NCBI GenBank assembly: GCA_976551045.1
Contig: CDPCPM010000180.1
Span: 1,054,001-1,118,000, forward strand
From: Glaucostegus cemiculus
Taxonomy: Eukaryota
Direction of reading: 5' to 3'
Length of the DNA stretch: 64,000 nucleotides
The notes under the pieces are model-generated. The model was not told the origin of the DNA. It ran no database searches and saw only the letters and a program-made list of their open reading frames with translations. Below are positions 36,363 to 48,027 of this stretch, one piece after another. The position numbers and the translations under genes are program-made. Within the stretch, counting starts at the first letter, position 1; every line of letters begins with the position of its first letter.

Positions 36363-39300
36363 AGCGATTTATTAGAATGGTTCCATGAATTCTGAATTAC
36401 AGCTGGCAGGTGGACTGAAGAAGCTGTTGTTGTTCTCCCTACAACAGTGGCAGCTGAAGGGGATTTACTTTAGATGTGCAAGTTGAGATGTTTAAATAGA
36501 GTAAATAAAGAAGAACAGTTCTCAGAGACCAAAGGATCAGTAACTGAAGGGCAATGAAGTGAGGTAAATAGGAAAGAAGCTGAGAAAAAGTTTTTTGTGG
36601 TTAACATTTGAAATGCATTGCATGAAAGGATGCTGATTAAAATCAACAGACTGAAATGATAATCTCTCCACACACACTGGCTGCCCAGGTGAATAGTTCC
36701 AGCATCTTCTGTGTTTAGGCCTGAAGGGATAGTGGATAGTGGCCTTCTAAATGTCTTTGTACATATATTTAGAATGGAAAACTGTGGAAGGATTGTGAAG
36801 GAAAGGGAATGGAACTAACTGGATTTCTCTTTGAAATCGAGACCAAATGACCCAATAGCTAGCTTCTGTGTTGTACTGTTCTATGATGCTACCTAAAGGC
36901 AGTCAACTGTTAGTTCAGCAGACTAATACAATGCTCAGCATCGTACTGTATCACACATAACAGATTGTTCCTTAGTTCAGTATGTAGCCTCTGCCAAGCA
37001 AACTGTCAACCTATCACCAATCTCTACAGGTTGGGGACATAAAAAGCCAGAATTTCTAACGATGATTTCTTAAGTTGATGATGCTATAAAATATGCATCG
37101 TTAAGGCAGACACAGTCAAACATATCCTTAAATCTGGTTTCTCACTCTTCTGCCAGAGTACAACTATAATTAACAGTAATAGATTACTTCACTGTCATTT
37201 CTCTATGATTCAAAGAATAGAACTGATGTAATACTAACAGCCCGCAGAACAAAAAGGAGTGGAAGGGAAGAAGTCACCTTCCAAAACAAAGTGCAACAAA
37301 AGGTCAAACATCTTAAAATTCTCAAAATTCTGAGAAATAGTTACCTACTCATTCATATGTTATACAATGAACCTGGAGCTAGAGTATAGTAAAACAATGA
37401 GAGTGTGTAAATAGATACCAGTCTGCTTTTTCCCCAAGGCAAGGAAACCCAAGAATATTGACATGTTTGTCGCTGCAAAAAAAATAAGTAATCTTATATT
37501 CTGTGTATGCATATATTCTTTCCCTATAATGCACATTTTTCTTTCCATTTTCCAAAAGTCTGTTAAGACTTTTTACATGTAGAAACATCCAATGTGTCAA
37601 ATAGCAGGCATTTTACTTCTTGCTGAGACACCACAGTTGAGAGGAAACAGATGAAGCTGCCAAATTCATTTACAGGAACAAATCTTCATTGACAATAGAA
37701 ATGTCATTCACTGACTCTGTCATTTCTTCATTCCCCATAAACAAACATCGCATTAGTCGATTCCTATGGCAACATCCTGATTTATCTAGAGCACAGTGAG
37801 AAGCCTGGCGCACAGGCTGTGTAATCAGAGGCTCTGAACAATCCTTAGAAATGACATTTCATGTTAGTTCTTCTCTGCTGGCCTTCTACAAATGTTACAG
37901 CGTTTCCATTTGTTTTCAGAAGGGCATATTTGATTGCATTAGATGAAGTTTTTCTGGTATCTCAGAGATCCGGTTGTCACATCAGGAGAAGGAATTCAGG
38001 CAACCTCTCATCTTTTGAGACGTTTGGCTGCGTTTGCTGAGAAATAACCATTTTCTTCACACTTTGTCAAACACGTTCCCATGAGCTTTGTTAACTGACT
38101 TGTCTCCAGTATTGTAAACTGTCTAAAAATTACTTCATCTTCCAGATCCTTGGAGACCTTCAAAGTGTTACTTTATGTTCTCAGTAAGTAACTTAATGAT
38201 GTCTCAAACAAATAAAAATGTGAATTCATCAGGTCCAATCATTCATCATTTTGTCCTGCACCCTTTGTCTTTTATTATTCAACAACTTAATTCCTACTTT
38301 GATTCGGTACTGGTGTAAATTCTGTAGATACTGTAGTGTCAGTAGTATTGAGAGACTTCTTCATTTATAATATGTTGACAGTTTATATCATTCATCTTAT
38401 TTATCCAAATCAAGTGAACCTTCATGTAACCTGTGCATATTAAGACTTAGATTATTTCTTGTCATACTTAATGTTAACTGTTAGGCATTTAAATAAAGTG
38501 AAAAGTCTGCAACAGAGTAATTAAATTGATGACCAAAGAATATAATTTTACTTCACATTAGTTTAAATAATTTCCATTGCAACCAGAAACCACAAAAAAA
38601 GATTGCTTCAAATTTGCAGCATCTTTGATTTATCTTAAATATTTTTGAAAACTCTGCAGTAATGTAACAAGCTTGATTACTATTCTATTGATGCATAAAC
38701 CATCTAACTAAAGAATCTCTAGCACAGAATTGTTTGCAAAATGTATGGTACAATCTTGTAAAGCATATAGATATGCAATCTCTTGGTTTTGAAATATAGG
38801 TTAGAGCATCACAATGAGTGGCAGTAAGAGGATTTATTGCATTGAACACAGTTGGGGAACTAATGGGGAGTTTCTTTCCTTGTGGTCAAAGCCAATACCC
38901 AGAGGATTTGATGCATTATTGCAGTCATACTTGTTGTCTGCTGACTCAATATGCGATCAATTTAAAGAGAGTGTAGCATCGTAATCCTGAAGTTCTGTGC
39001 CACTAATGACACGTCTCTAGCTGCATTGCAGTCAATATCAAGCTAAGTAAAAATATTGGCAGCTGTGGTAGGGGGCTAAACAAAGCCTTTGGCTGGTTTG
39101 TCCACACTGACAAAAATTAAACTGTAGGTCACCATTTCTTTTGATTTGCATGGCCTGTTGAGACCTTCTCTCCCCTGTGGCCTTCAGACCTACTTCTAAC
39201 TCCAGGGACAGGATGACATTTCAAGTCAGTGTTTTCTGATTGTGGTAGAAAAAATTAACCATATACTGGAAATTTCAGCATTACTGTTAAACAAGCATTC

Positions 39301-39711
39301 CTTACTGTTGCTGTTATTAAATTGAGGGCAATCCAGAATAGTAACAGCAGGGCTCTGAGAAGCATTCCTTGTGTTTTGTTTTTAATTAGGCTACTTGGTG
39401 CTGCTGGAAGGTTTGCTGTAACCTATCCTCTTGTACTGAATGGAAATGCGAAAGGGACTGAAAAATAGTGTATGGAATGTATTCAGCCAGAAATCCTTGG
39501 GACCACAATCCCATGGCCATCTTATTGAATGCCAGCTTTAGCTTCAATAGCAGCCCACCAAAATTACTCAGAAATTGTCAGGATCTGATTTTGCCAAATA
39601 CCGCCCTTGATTAGGGATTCCTATTCATTCTTGTCGGGGCAGAGCTTCTGTGTGTGCTTTACAAGTCCAACGAAGCACAGTGATGACCACATGAGCAAAG
39701 ACTCTACAAGT

Positions 39712-40101
39712 CCTTGGAGAGGAGGAGGATGAGGGGGGACCTGATAGAGGTAAATAAGATGATGAGAGGTATTGATCGTGTAGATAGTCAGAGGCTTTTC
39801 CCCAGGGCTGAAATGGTGGCCACAAGAGGACATAGGTTTAAGGTGCTGGGGAGTCGATATAGAGGAGATGTCAGGGGTAGGTTTTTTACTCAGAGAGTGG
39901 TGAGTGCGTGGAATGGGCTGCCGGAAGCAGTGGTGGGGTGGATATGATAGGGTTCTTTCAAGATACTGTTAGATAGGTACATGGAGATAAGTGAGGGCTA
40001 TGGGAATGCCCAGTAATTTCTAGTGTAGGGACATGTTCGGCACAGCTTTGTGGGCCAAAGGGCCTGAACTGTGCTGTAGTTTTTCTATGTTCTATGTTCT
40101 A
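39712..40101 (+). mobile_element. CR1 LINE 3' end
   Basis: ORF 39714..39947: [35 protein letters not shown]; (TTCTATG)n tail. Confidence 0.92.
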
Positions 40102-40403
40102 AGTGGGAGTTCCCATCATGTGTCCAATGAGGCAGGCAGAAAAGTTTTCTTAACAAAACAACATATTGGGGTGGCCCTCCTACACTACAAATTGAGGGAG
40201 ATGGCCAGGAGGTCTCCAAGGATAGCAACACCAATGAGGTGCCAATGTCCAACAACATGATATTTTTTGATAGTGGTGCTAGTATCTATCAGCCCTATGT
40301 AAGTTACATACCCTGGCAGTAAATTCTCCATCACCAATCTACTCGTACATTAGCAAAGAAATGGAAGCTGTCATTGACAGTCCTGTCATGCAGCAATTAC
40401 TCA

Positions 40404-40866
40404 CTGACACAAGAAATTCTGCAGATTCTGGATGTATCTGGAGCAATGCTGGAGGAACTCAGCAGGTCAGGCAGCATCCATAGAGGGAAATAAACAGTTG
40501 ACATTTCAGGCCGAGACCCTTCATTGAGACTGGAAAGGAAGAGGGCAGAAGCCAGAATAAGAAGGTGGGGGAAGGGGGAGGCAGGTGGCAGGTGAGTCCA
40601 GGTGAGGGGGGAATATAGTGGGTGGGAGAGGGGGAGAAGATGTAATAAACTGAGAGGTGATAAGTAGAAGAGGCAGAGGGCTGATGAAGGAAGAATCTGG
40701 TAAGAGGGGGCCATGGACCATGGAATAAAGGGTGGTGGAGGAGAGGAGATAGGCAGGTCATCAAGGTGGTGGAAGGGAGCCATGGGAATAAGGGAAGACA
40801 AGGTGGAGTGGGGGGGGGGAGAAGGGGTGGAGTTACCGGAAGTTAGAGAAATTGCAGTTAAGCACT
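40404..40866 (-). mobile_element. Penelope-like terminal repeat segment
   Basis: Close reverse complement of 57510-57926; PLE end GATGCTGCCTGACCTGCTGAGTTCCTCCAGC. Confidence 0.85.
40495..40532 (-). ncRNA. Decayed minimal type-I hammerhead ribozyme motif
   Basis: Minus strand CAGTC-TCAATGA-AGGGTCTCGGCCT-GAAA-TGT-C-AACTG; GAAA and GUC are kept, the CUGA turn is mutated. Confidence 0.5.
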
Positions 40867-40984
40867 TACTCACCAATAGCTTATTCTCTGATGGCCTTTC
40901 CGTGTTTCTCCAGAATCACGCAGCAACACACTTCGTCACAGTATAGGTCCAACCATGGACCAAGGAACTGAATCCCAGTGAGAA

Positions 40985-41170
40985 TTTGATCGACATGCAG
41001 CCCTGGTGAAACTGAAGTCAATGAGCATCAAAGGGAAAAGACTCCAATGGCTGGACTCAGACCTCGCACAAAGGAAGGTAATCGGGATTGCTGGAGGTTA
41101 GTTATCCCAGTCCTAGGACCTCACTGCAGGAGATCCTCAGGGCAGTGTGCTGGACTCAACCAACTTCAGT
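40985..41170 (+). mobile_element. LINE RT core fragment
   Basis: LVKLKSMSIKGKRLQWLDSDLAQRK..LTAGDPQGSVLDST, a decayed GVPQGSVLGP motif. Confidence 0.75.
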
Positions 41171-41337
41171 GAACATCAAAAAAACTGCAGATGCTGGTAA
41201 TCTAAATTATAAACAGAAAATGCTACGAACACTTGGCAAGTCAGGCCACTTCAGATAAGCTTTAGCTTTGTTCCACTTCCCTCAGGTCCACCAAATTCAA
41301 ATGCTTCATCAGTTATTTTTCAATGATCCACCTCTCC

Positions 41338-41570
41338 AATTGCCCTTGAGGTGGTGGTGTTGGTCACTGTAATCCCTCTTGTGAAGGCACTCCCACAGCA
41401 CTGTTAGGTGGGAAGGTCCTGGATGTAAAAGACCAGCGATATCTTTCCCAACTCAGGATGGTGAGCAACCTGCATCCGATGGTGTTCCCATGCATCTGCT
41501 GCCCTTGTCCTTCAGGGTGGTGGAGATTGCAGGTTTGGGAGACGCTGTTGGAGGAGCCATTGGCAAAATG
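41338..41570 (-). mobile_element. LINE 3' end, same family as 1775-2262
   Basis: AATTGCCCTTGAGGTGGTGGTG..GGTGTTCCCATGCATCTGCTGCCCTTGTCCTTC is shared with 1820-2040. Confidence 0.65.
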
Positions 41571-41950
41571 CCCAAGAGTTACTAGTCCAGGCTCCTTAAA
41601 ATTCTCATTCTTGTTTCCATATTGATCCACAGCCTCAATCTTCCCAATGTCCACTAAGGTCCTGTGGTGTCATGTTCCATCCACCCCAAAATGTCTGCTC
41701 TGCTGCTTATCATCGCTCATCCTTTCATCCTCCATTCCCACAGTCTGGAATTCATTTTCTAAAAGTCTTCCCTCCACCTCTTTCCTGCTTTAAGAGCCTT
41801 AACACCCACTTCAACATTGGATACTTTACACGGAATGCTTGATTCCCATCCAACATCTGTATCAACGGTCAGTGAACATCTAGAAGTCATGAAACTTACA
41901 CTGTACACTGGCAACTCAGCAGTTCTCCCTGCTCATTAAGACTTATTTTC

Positions 41951-42605
41951 TCTACGTTGGCGAGACCAAACACAGACCAGGTGACTATTTTGCAGAACAC
42001 CTGCTCTCTGTCCGTAACCGCGATCTGCATCTCCCCGTTGCCAGTCACTTCAACTCCCCCTCCCACACTATCACTGATATGTCAGTCCTCGGCCTCCTCC
42101 ACTGCCAGGAGAATTCCAAGCGTAAACTGGAGGAACAGCACCTCATTTTCCATCTTGGAAGCTTGCTGCCTAACGCGTGAACATTGAATTCTCCCACTTT
42201 AAGCCCCACACCCCTCACCAACCTCCCCCCCACCATGTTTCTTCCCTTCTTCCCTTTCCTAGCCTCTCTCTCTTTTACCTACTCCTTTTTTTTCCTCTCC
42301 TTACCTTTGACCCATCCCCCGGTGGATCTACTCTCCCCTCCTCCCCCACACCTGCCTATCACTATCTCTTACCTGCATTTACCTATCACCACCCCACCTC
42401 CCTTCTTTTGTCCACCTATCACTGCTCTGCTTTTCCTTCTTATATATTGGGCTTCCCCTTTTCCTATCTTCACTCCTGAGGAAGGGTCCTGACCTGAAAT
42501 GTTGACCGCTTGCCTTTCTCTACAGATGCTGCCTTGCCTGTTGAGTTCCTCCAGCATCATCGTGTTTTTCATCTAGATTCCGGTATCTGCAGTCCACCGT
42601 TTCTC
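41951..42605 (+). mobile_element. Penelope-like element 3' part (GIY-YIG C-terminal half and terminal repeat)
   Basis: YVGETKHRPGDYFAEHLLSV..PVASHFNSPSH..SVLGLLHC..RKLEEQHLIFHLGSLLP. Confidence 0.9.
42471..42508 (+). ncRNA. Minimal type-I hammerhead motif with an intact core but weak stem I
   Basis: CACTC-CTGAGGA-AGGGTCCTGACCT-GAAA-TGT-T-GACCG: CUGANGA, GAAA and UH are all present. Confidence 0.5.
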
Positions 42606-42740
42606 AAGAATTAGTTTCTTCCCTTCAGCCAATCAACATTTAAAGAGCCTTTTCTTTCGTTCTGAGCTTCACTTTTCATTGTTAAATTCAGCCAATGATT
42701 AAATATTTAGCAATAGTTCTGTGGATTTAATTATAGAAAT

Positions 42741-42771
42741 AATAGGAACAGATAGGAACAAATAGGAACAG
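42741..42771 (+). repeat. 10-bp tandem repeat x3
   Basis: AATAGGAACA GATAGGAACA AATAGGAACA. Confidence 0.85.
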
Positions 42772-42854
42772 AGACTCTTAGATAGACACATGAATGATAG
42801 AGAAATGTGGAACTATGTGGGATGGAAGGGTTAGTTAGAGCAGGATAAAATGTC

Positions 42855-43040
42855 GGTTTTTGTAATGCACTGGGCTGTGTCCACAACTCTCTGCAGTTTC
42901 TTGTGGTCCTGGGCAGAACAGTTGCCATACCAAGCCGTGATGTGTCCAGATAGGATGCTTTCTATGGTGCATCGTTAAAAGTTGGTGAGTGTCAAAAGGG
43001 GACATCCCGAATTTCTTGAGCCTCCTGAGGAAGTAGAGGG
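42855..43040 (-). mobile_element. Rex1-type LINE fragment
   Basis: Reverse strand LYFLRRLKKF..RCTIESILSGHITAWYGNCSAQDHKKLQRVVDTAQ. Confidence 0.85.
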
Positions 43041-43403
43041 GTCAGGAATCAGACAGGAAAAATGGCCCAGAAATGAATTAGCAGTTTTAATAAACAAACC
43101 AATAACCAACATGTTTGATGGATGATCCCTTTAGGAGGATTTGTACAGGGCTCTCAGTGTCTGTAACCACCCCCTTGGTTTTGCTGAGCATATTTATTAC
43201 ATAACAAGTCAGTTTCTAAATTAGTACTATCTCTATTTCATAAAATAGTCCTATCTCAGTTAGGTATTGTGGGCAGTTTTAAACTCTAAACATTGTCCTG
43301 TGTGCTCACAAAGGAGTAAAATACTGAGTGGGACAAGCAACATCTGTGTTAGCATTTCTTCATCAGAACTGAGAAAGAGGGAAGAGTCCAGCTAGCAGAG
43401 AGG

Positions 43404-43446
43404 TTAGGGAGATAGGGTTAGGGTTAGGGTAGGGTTGAGGTTAGGG
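43404..43446 (+). repeat. Short interstitial telomere-like (TTAGGG)n tract
   Basis: TTAGGG AGA TAGGG TTAGGG TTAGGG TAGGG TTGAGG TTAGGG. Confidence 0.75.
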
Positions 43447-44242
43447 TACCAAAATGCCAGGAGTTACATATGCAACCACCTGGTGCAGGGGCTCAATAGA
43501 TTCCCAGCTTACACTTATAAAACATACTAGAAGCAATCACATCTTGCTGAAACTTGCTCATGATTTCATTACCTGCAAGATATGAAAGCAAAATCCATAT
43601 ATCTGGGAAGTTCACCTTTGTATCTACATGTAAGATAATAGAATTAAATTTATTCTAAAATGCATTTAGTTTAAACTCACAACAAGGTTTAATCTGCCTC
43701 GTATAATTTTTGCAGTAATTAAGTAAGCAGCTATATTGGCAACAATAGCCTGATTTCTAGCCTTGTGTTCCTTTATTTAATTATACTTTTCTTTGTGGAT
43801 AGGGAAATAAGAAATTCCACTTTAATAACAAGAATCATCACTTTGACACATCTGAGTCAAAACTACTCCATTATGTGATACATTTCTAGCAAAGCCTTAA
43901 GCTGTGGCCCATTACAATTGAGCACACAGTTCATTTTATCCTTTGCTGCCTGCACTTGTTTTGCAAAGGATAAAATTATTGTACTGAATCTTTAAGCATG
44001 GAACATGTTGTGTTTTCTATACCTGGGTGTGTGTTTGTACAGGCAGCCTCTGCGTAACGGGGGGAGGGGGGGAGTGGATTGCATTGCTAGAACACAGTCC
44101 ACATTACGGCTTTTCTCATTATGAAGCTGAGCCACCTGTCCACGTGTCAATAAATGCAAGTTCAAGAAAAAACTGTTGCGTTTATTTAGTTACCTTCTTT
44201 CACGTAAATTCCATGAGACCGAATTTTATTTTGCATCCCAAA

Positions 44243-44425
44243 TTTTTTAATTTTATTTACAGCGTGGTAACAGGCCCTTTCGGCCCATCGAGTCCGCGCC
44301 GCCCATTTTAAACCCCCAAATTAACCTACCCGTACGTCTTTTTAGAATGTGGGAGGAAACCGGAGCACCCGGAGGAAACCCACACAGACACGGGGAGAAC
44401 GTACTAACCGCTACGCTATCGTGCC
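44243..44425 (-). mobile_element. V-domain SINE with CR1-like tail; internal deletion removes the B box
   Basis: Matches the reverse complement of 23045-23285, but GAGAACGTAC is joined directly to TAACCGCTAC. Confidence 0.85.
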
Positions 44426-44993
44426 TTTTGGGTAGGGATTTGTGAATTCTGTAAGGGCGAATTTCCATTACACAAATGGCCGCGGGGGGGGGAATCACCT
44501 GTATTCCAGTTCCGTTGGACAGCAGTGAACTTGTTGCCCAAGCAATGAAACCTTGTCACAGACAGCTTCACAGACAGGCAGGTTGTACCAAGAACATAGA
44601 GCCTCAATATGTAAAGAGTGCACTATCTTATAAATAAATCTCTACCTCTTTTGGATACATATCTCAGTGTCTCAGTGCATCCTGAAAACATTGCAAACAT
44701 ATTTATGTCCATCTCCTTCTGCAACAAACTGCCATTTGTTTTAAATGATAAAGGAAGTTAATTGTAAAATCAAATCTAATATGCAAAGTGAATTCTAAAA
44801 CAGTCTGGAATCCAGATACACTTTGCAGAAACCAAAGTCTTTTCTGCTAATTAGTTTAAATATAGCTCAGTTGGTGAAAACATTGATAAATCAAGGTGCA
44901 CAAATCAACATGAGCTGATGATTTGATATACATTCTGTACCTTTTCATTAAACAAAGAGCCAAAGTTAATCTTACTGCAACAAGGGAACTTAC

Positions 44994-45028
44994 CTTCCTT
45001 CTGTTGCTGACACAGACTCTGCTTAGCC
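44994..45028 (-). other. Candidate 35-nt microexon of an unknown transcript
   Basis: Minus strand T-rich acceptor TTTTTTTATTTTGATATACGTTACATTTTAG and consensus donor GAAG|GTAAGT. Confidence 0.3.
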
Positions 45029-45562
45029 CTAAAATGTAACGTATATCAAAATAAAAAAATCAAAACCAGATTAATTAATGCAATATTGCATACAAAGGTC
45101 AACCAATCATCCCGTTACCACACCAGTGTGTCACGATTCTGAGTACTGGCCCTTCAATTTGGTTCCTTGGATGCCTCGTTGTACAGCACATGGATTCCAT
45201 GCTGGACTGATTGCACAATGACACACATCTGAGCCCCATCAGGGGCCTAGCATAAGTACCTGGGTTTCTCTAGTACTAGTTGCCAAAGGATTGGTTAACC
45301 TTGAAGATTCAGTTTGGTTCAAAGCTGCTTAGAGTGGTCTACTCCAGAGCAGTCCTGTGTTCTCTAGTTCTGCTTGAAGATTCAGTTTGTGTTGGGATTA
45401 CTACTCAGATCTCTGAGGCAAGATTTCCTTCCAGTGTTGCCTGTGTCCGGTCCTGAGGAAGTATCCTGACTCCTATCTTGTACCAGTGTGCTGCATTTGG
45501 GTTCTCTGTGAGCTTGCTCTTCAATCAACAGTGTGACACAGTGGTTGCAATGAAGAATCCTG

Positions 45563-45756
45563 TGCTGCCTGGGGTGGTGGTGGAGGCAGGTACATTGGTC
45601 AAATACAAGAGATTGCTAGATGAGCATATGGAGGAATGTAAAATAGAGGGGTATGTGGGAGGAAGGGGTTAGACAGGCTTAGGTGAGGTTTAAAGGTCGG
45701 CACAACATTGTGGACCAAAGGGCCTGTATTGTGCTGTACTGTTCTATGATTCCATG
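45563..45756 (+). mobile_element. CR1 LINE 3' end
   Basis: LPGVVVEAGTLVK..; GGGCCTGTATTGTGCTGTACTGTTCTATG; same subfamily as 52089-52490. Confidence 0.85.
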
Positions 45757-45759
45757 AAT

Positions 45760-47150
45760 TGGCCCAACCTAAGACTGCTGCTCATGCTGAGATGGAACAG
45801 TGGTCTGAGCTGCCAGGTAACAGCAACCGTCTTGGTGGAGTGGACTCAGGTCTGTGCTCCAAGGAGTTGCCTCTACTCGTCCTGGGTAGTTCACTGTCAG
45901 TCTACTGCGCAGGCAGAGGACAGACTGCTGGGCTGCTGTGAGACCCTGCAAGCCTCTTCACACACTGTAACCCACAGCCATTATGCAAAACACTGACCGC
46001 ATGGGAGCTGACTGAGACTCCGAAGCATCAATCAGACATTTCATGGCTTCTGCTTGAGCACTCAAGGAAGCTGAAGATCAGTTGCTTCATCACTGAGTTG
46101 TCTGCCGCTTCCACAAAGAAAAGGATGGCCTCCAAGCTCTCTGTGATGTCCTGTGCCACATTGGTCCTTGAGTTCTCCATGATCCTTGACATTGTACATA
46201 GGCATTCTAGCAGGCTTCCCTATGAACCCTGGATTTCATTGTGCATGCCCATGAGCTGCCTCCTCCAGGCCATAACCTCAAGTCCTCTTCTACAACCTCT
46301 GCAGCAGAGCTCACCTCTGACCAAGTCCTCTGATACATCAGCACCTGTGTTATGCTTGTGCTCTGCCCTGGCTTCAGGCCACAATGCACACAGTAGGCAC
46401 ACCCTACCAGTATAACACCTGGTAAATTTTGAGGGGTGTTTGAACCTGACCCTGTACCCATGAGATCGAAATCAAGTTATGGCTCACCTTCATCATGTGA
46501 CATCTTGGAGTTCCTGAACTGAAGTTGTAACACATGGGTGAGGAAGAAATGTCAGAGTTGTATGTTGACACCACCTGCAGCTTGTCCATCTGAAGAGAGA
46601 GTACAGGATGCAGGTATTGTGGGATCTTCAATGGTCCCAGCCCTGCCACTCTTCATGCCTGGGAAAAGATGATCCCAGTAATGGAAAGCACTGTGCCCTC
46701 CTGTTAGGGCACACATGCCCATTGGTTATATCTCTGTGCCTGCAGTTGTGTGCAGGAGGGAGAGAATGTGTCAGTGAAGATTGTGCAATGTTTGGGTGAA
46801 AACCTGGCACTGCATACGAACAGTAATAGTGAGTGTGAGCTTTGCAGCAGTGGTAAACACACGAGAGGGGTGGAATACATAAATGTTGGGAGCAAGACAT
46901 GATCCATAGAGATTGTAGCAGGTGAGTGATGGGAATTTGGAAATGAATAGTGTGTGAGACTAGTGGTGCAGTTGGTAGCATATGCCACATGAAGACACAT
47001 TCACTGACCTTAACTACCGTGTAAAGTTATTACACTATTAGTGCTCTGCATCTTGTCCTCTGAGCTTCATTCCTGGGATTGACCTCTAAAGCTATCTGCA
47101 ACCACTTCTTCTGAGCTTGTATCTAGACAGCCTCATCCTTCAATGTTCCC
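45760..47150 (-). pseudogene. Harbinger Myb/SANT-like accessory ORF relic, multi-exon
   Basis: 47009-47113(-): QKKWLQIALEVNPRNEAQRT..(NNF)TR.VK followed by donor AAG|GTCAGT; downstream HNCRHRDITNG..TVLSITG..SGRAGTIED; then GMHNEIQGS..MSRIMENSRTNVAQ. Confidence 0.6.
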
Positions 47151-47972
47151 CTAGTTGGTTTCACTTTTTACACATCTGCCAACACCTGCAGCATCCCTTT
47201 AATAAGTGCGAGTTTGCTTTAAATGGAGCTACCCACTCAAAATATCGGTCCTCTGTTGATGCTGCCAAAGATTATAGGATACAGAACTTATTCACATCAG
47301 CAGGACACACAAAGTTAACGTTGCTACCTGCAATTGCAGTCGTTGGGCATAGCCTTGCACACATCACAATCCAACGTTTCATAGAAGGTGGGTCCAGAAA
47401 GGTTGAATTCAGTAATGGTGAATCTTAGAGACAGCTTGGTTACATTGTTATTGCAACTGCATTTATTTGCAAGGTTTTCTATTGGATGTACTAGAATATA
47501 ATACTATATTCTATGCTAGAATATAGCCCATACTTCAGTGTGGTAAATGGCTAGTTCTTTATAAGAGTAAGTAAATGGAGGGCTAGCCATTCCAACAGCT
47601 CAAACAGCTTAAGCTTCATCAGGTGTTGAGTTTGCAGCCAGTAATAGTTTGAAGCATGCAAAGGCTTCACTTTATCCTCTAAAGCAAAAGTACTTTTTTT
47701 GGCTTTAACTTGATCACTCTCCTACCAGACAAAACAAAACATTTTACTTTGGACAATGGAAGAACCACAGAAGGCAATGGCCACTGAATCCTAAACTATC
47801 GAGCTCAGCCAAAAGAGACCGGTGCACAACAATAAATGTATTATAGATCATAAAAATCTAACTCCATCCTATTTTTATTAGTCAATTGGGTATATAATAA
47901 AAATCTGACATCTGTACATGTATTTCAGTCTGTGCCAGTTATATTAATCTGCAGGGTAACAGCTGGGGAAGA

Positions 47973-48027
47973 CTGGGTGATGTAGTTCTCTGTAATTATG
48001 ATGTTCATTGTGAACTACAGCTCCCAA
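47973..48027. promoter_or_regulatory. Divergent pair of ACTACAnnnCCCA (ZNF143/THAP11-associated, M4) motifs
   Basis: GAACTACATCACCCAG on the minus strand (47973-47988) and GAACTACAGCTCCCAA on the plus strand (48012-48027), 23 nt apart, in unique sequence. Confidence 0.4.

Larger units (their letters stand above)
33655..36890 (+). mobile_element. Old CR1 LINE (RT to 3' end) fragmented by nested insertions
   Basis: FADGTKL at about 33660; colinear CR1 sequence resumes at 35466, about 35936, about 36363 and ends TGTTGTACTGTTCTATG at about 36885. Confidence 0.6.
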
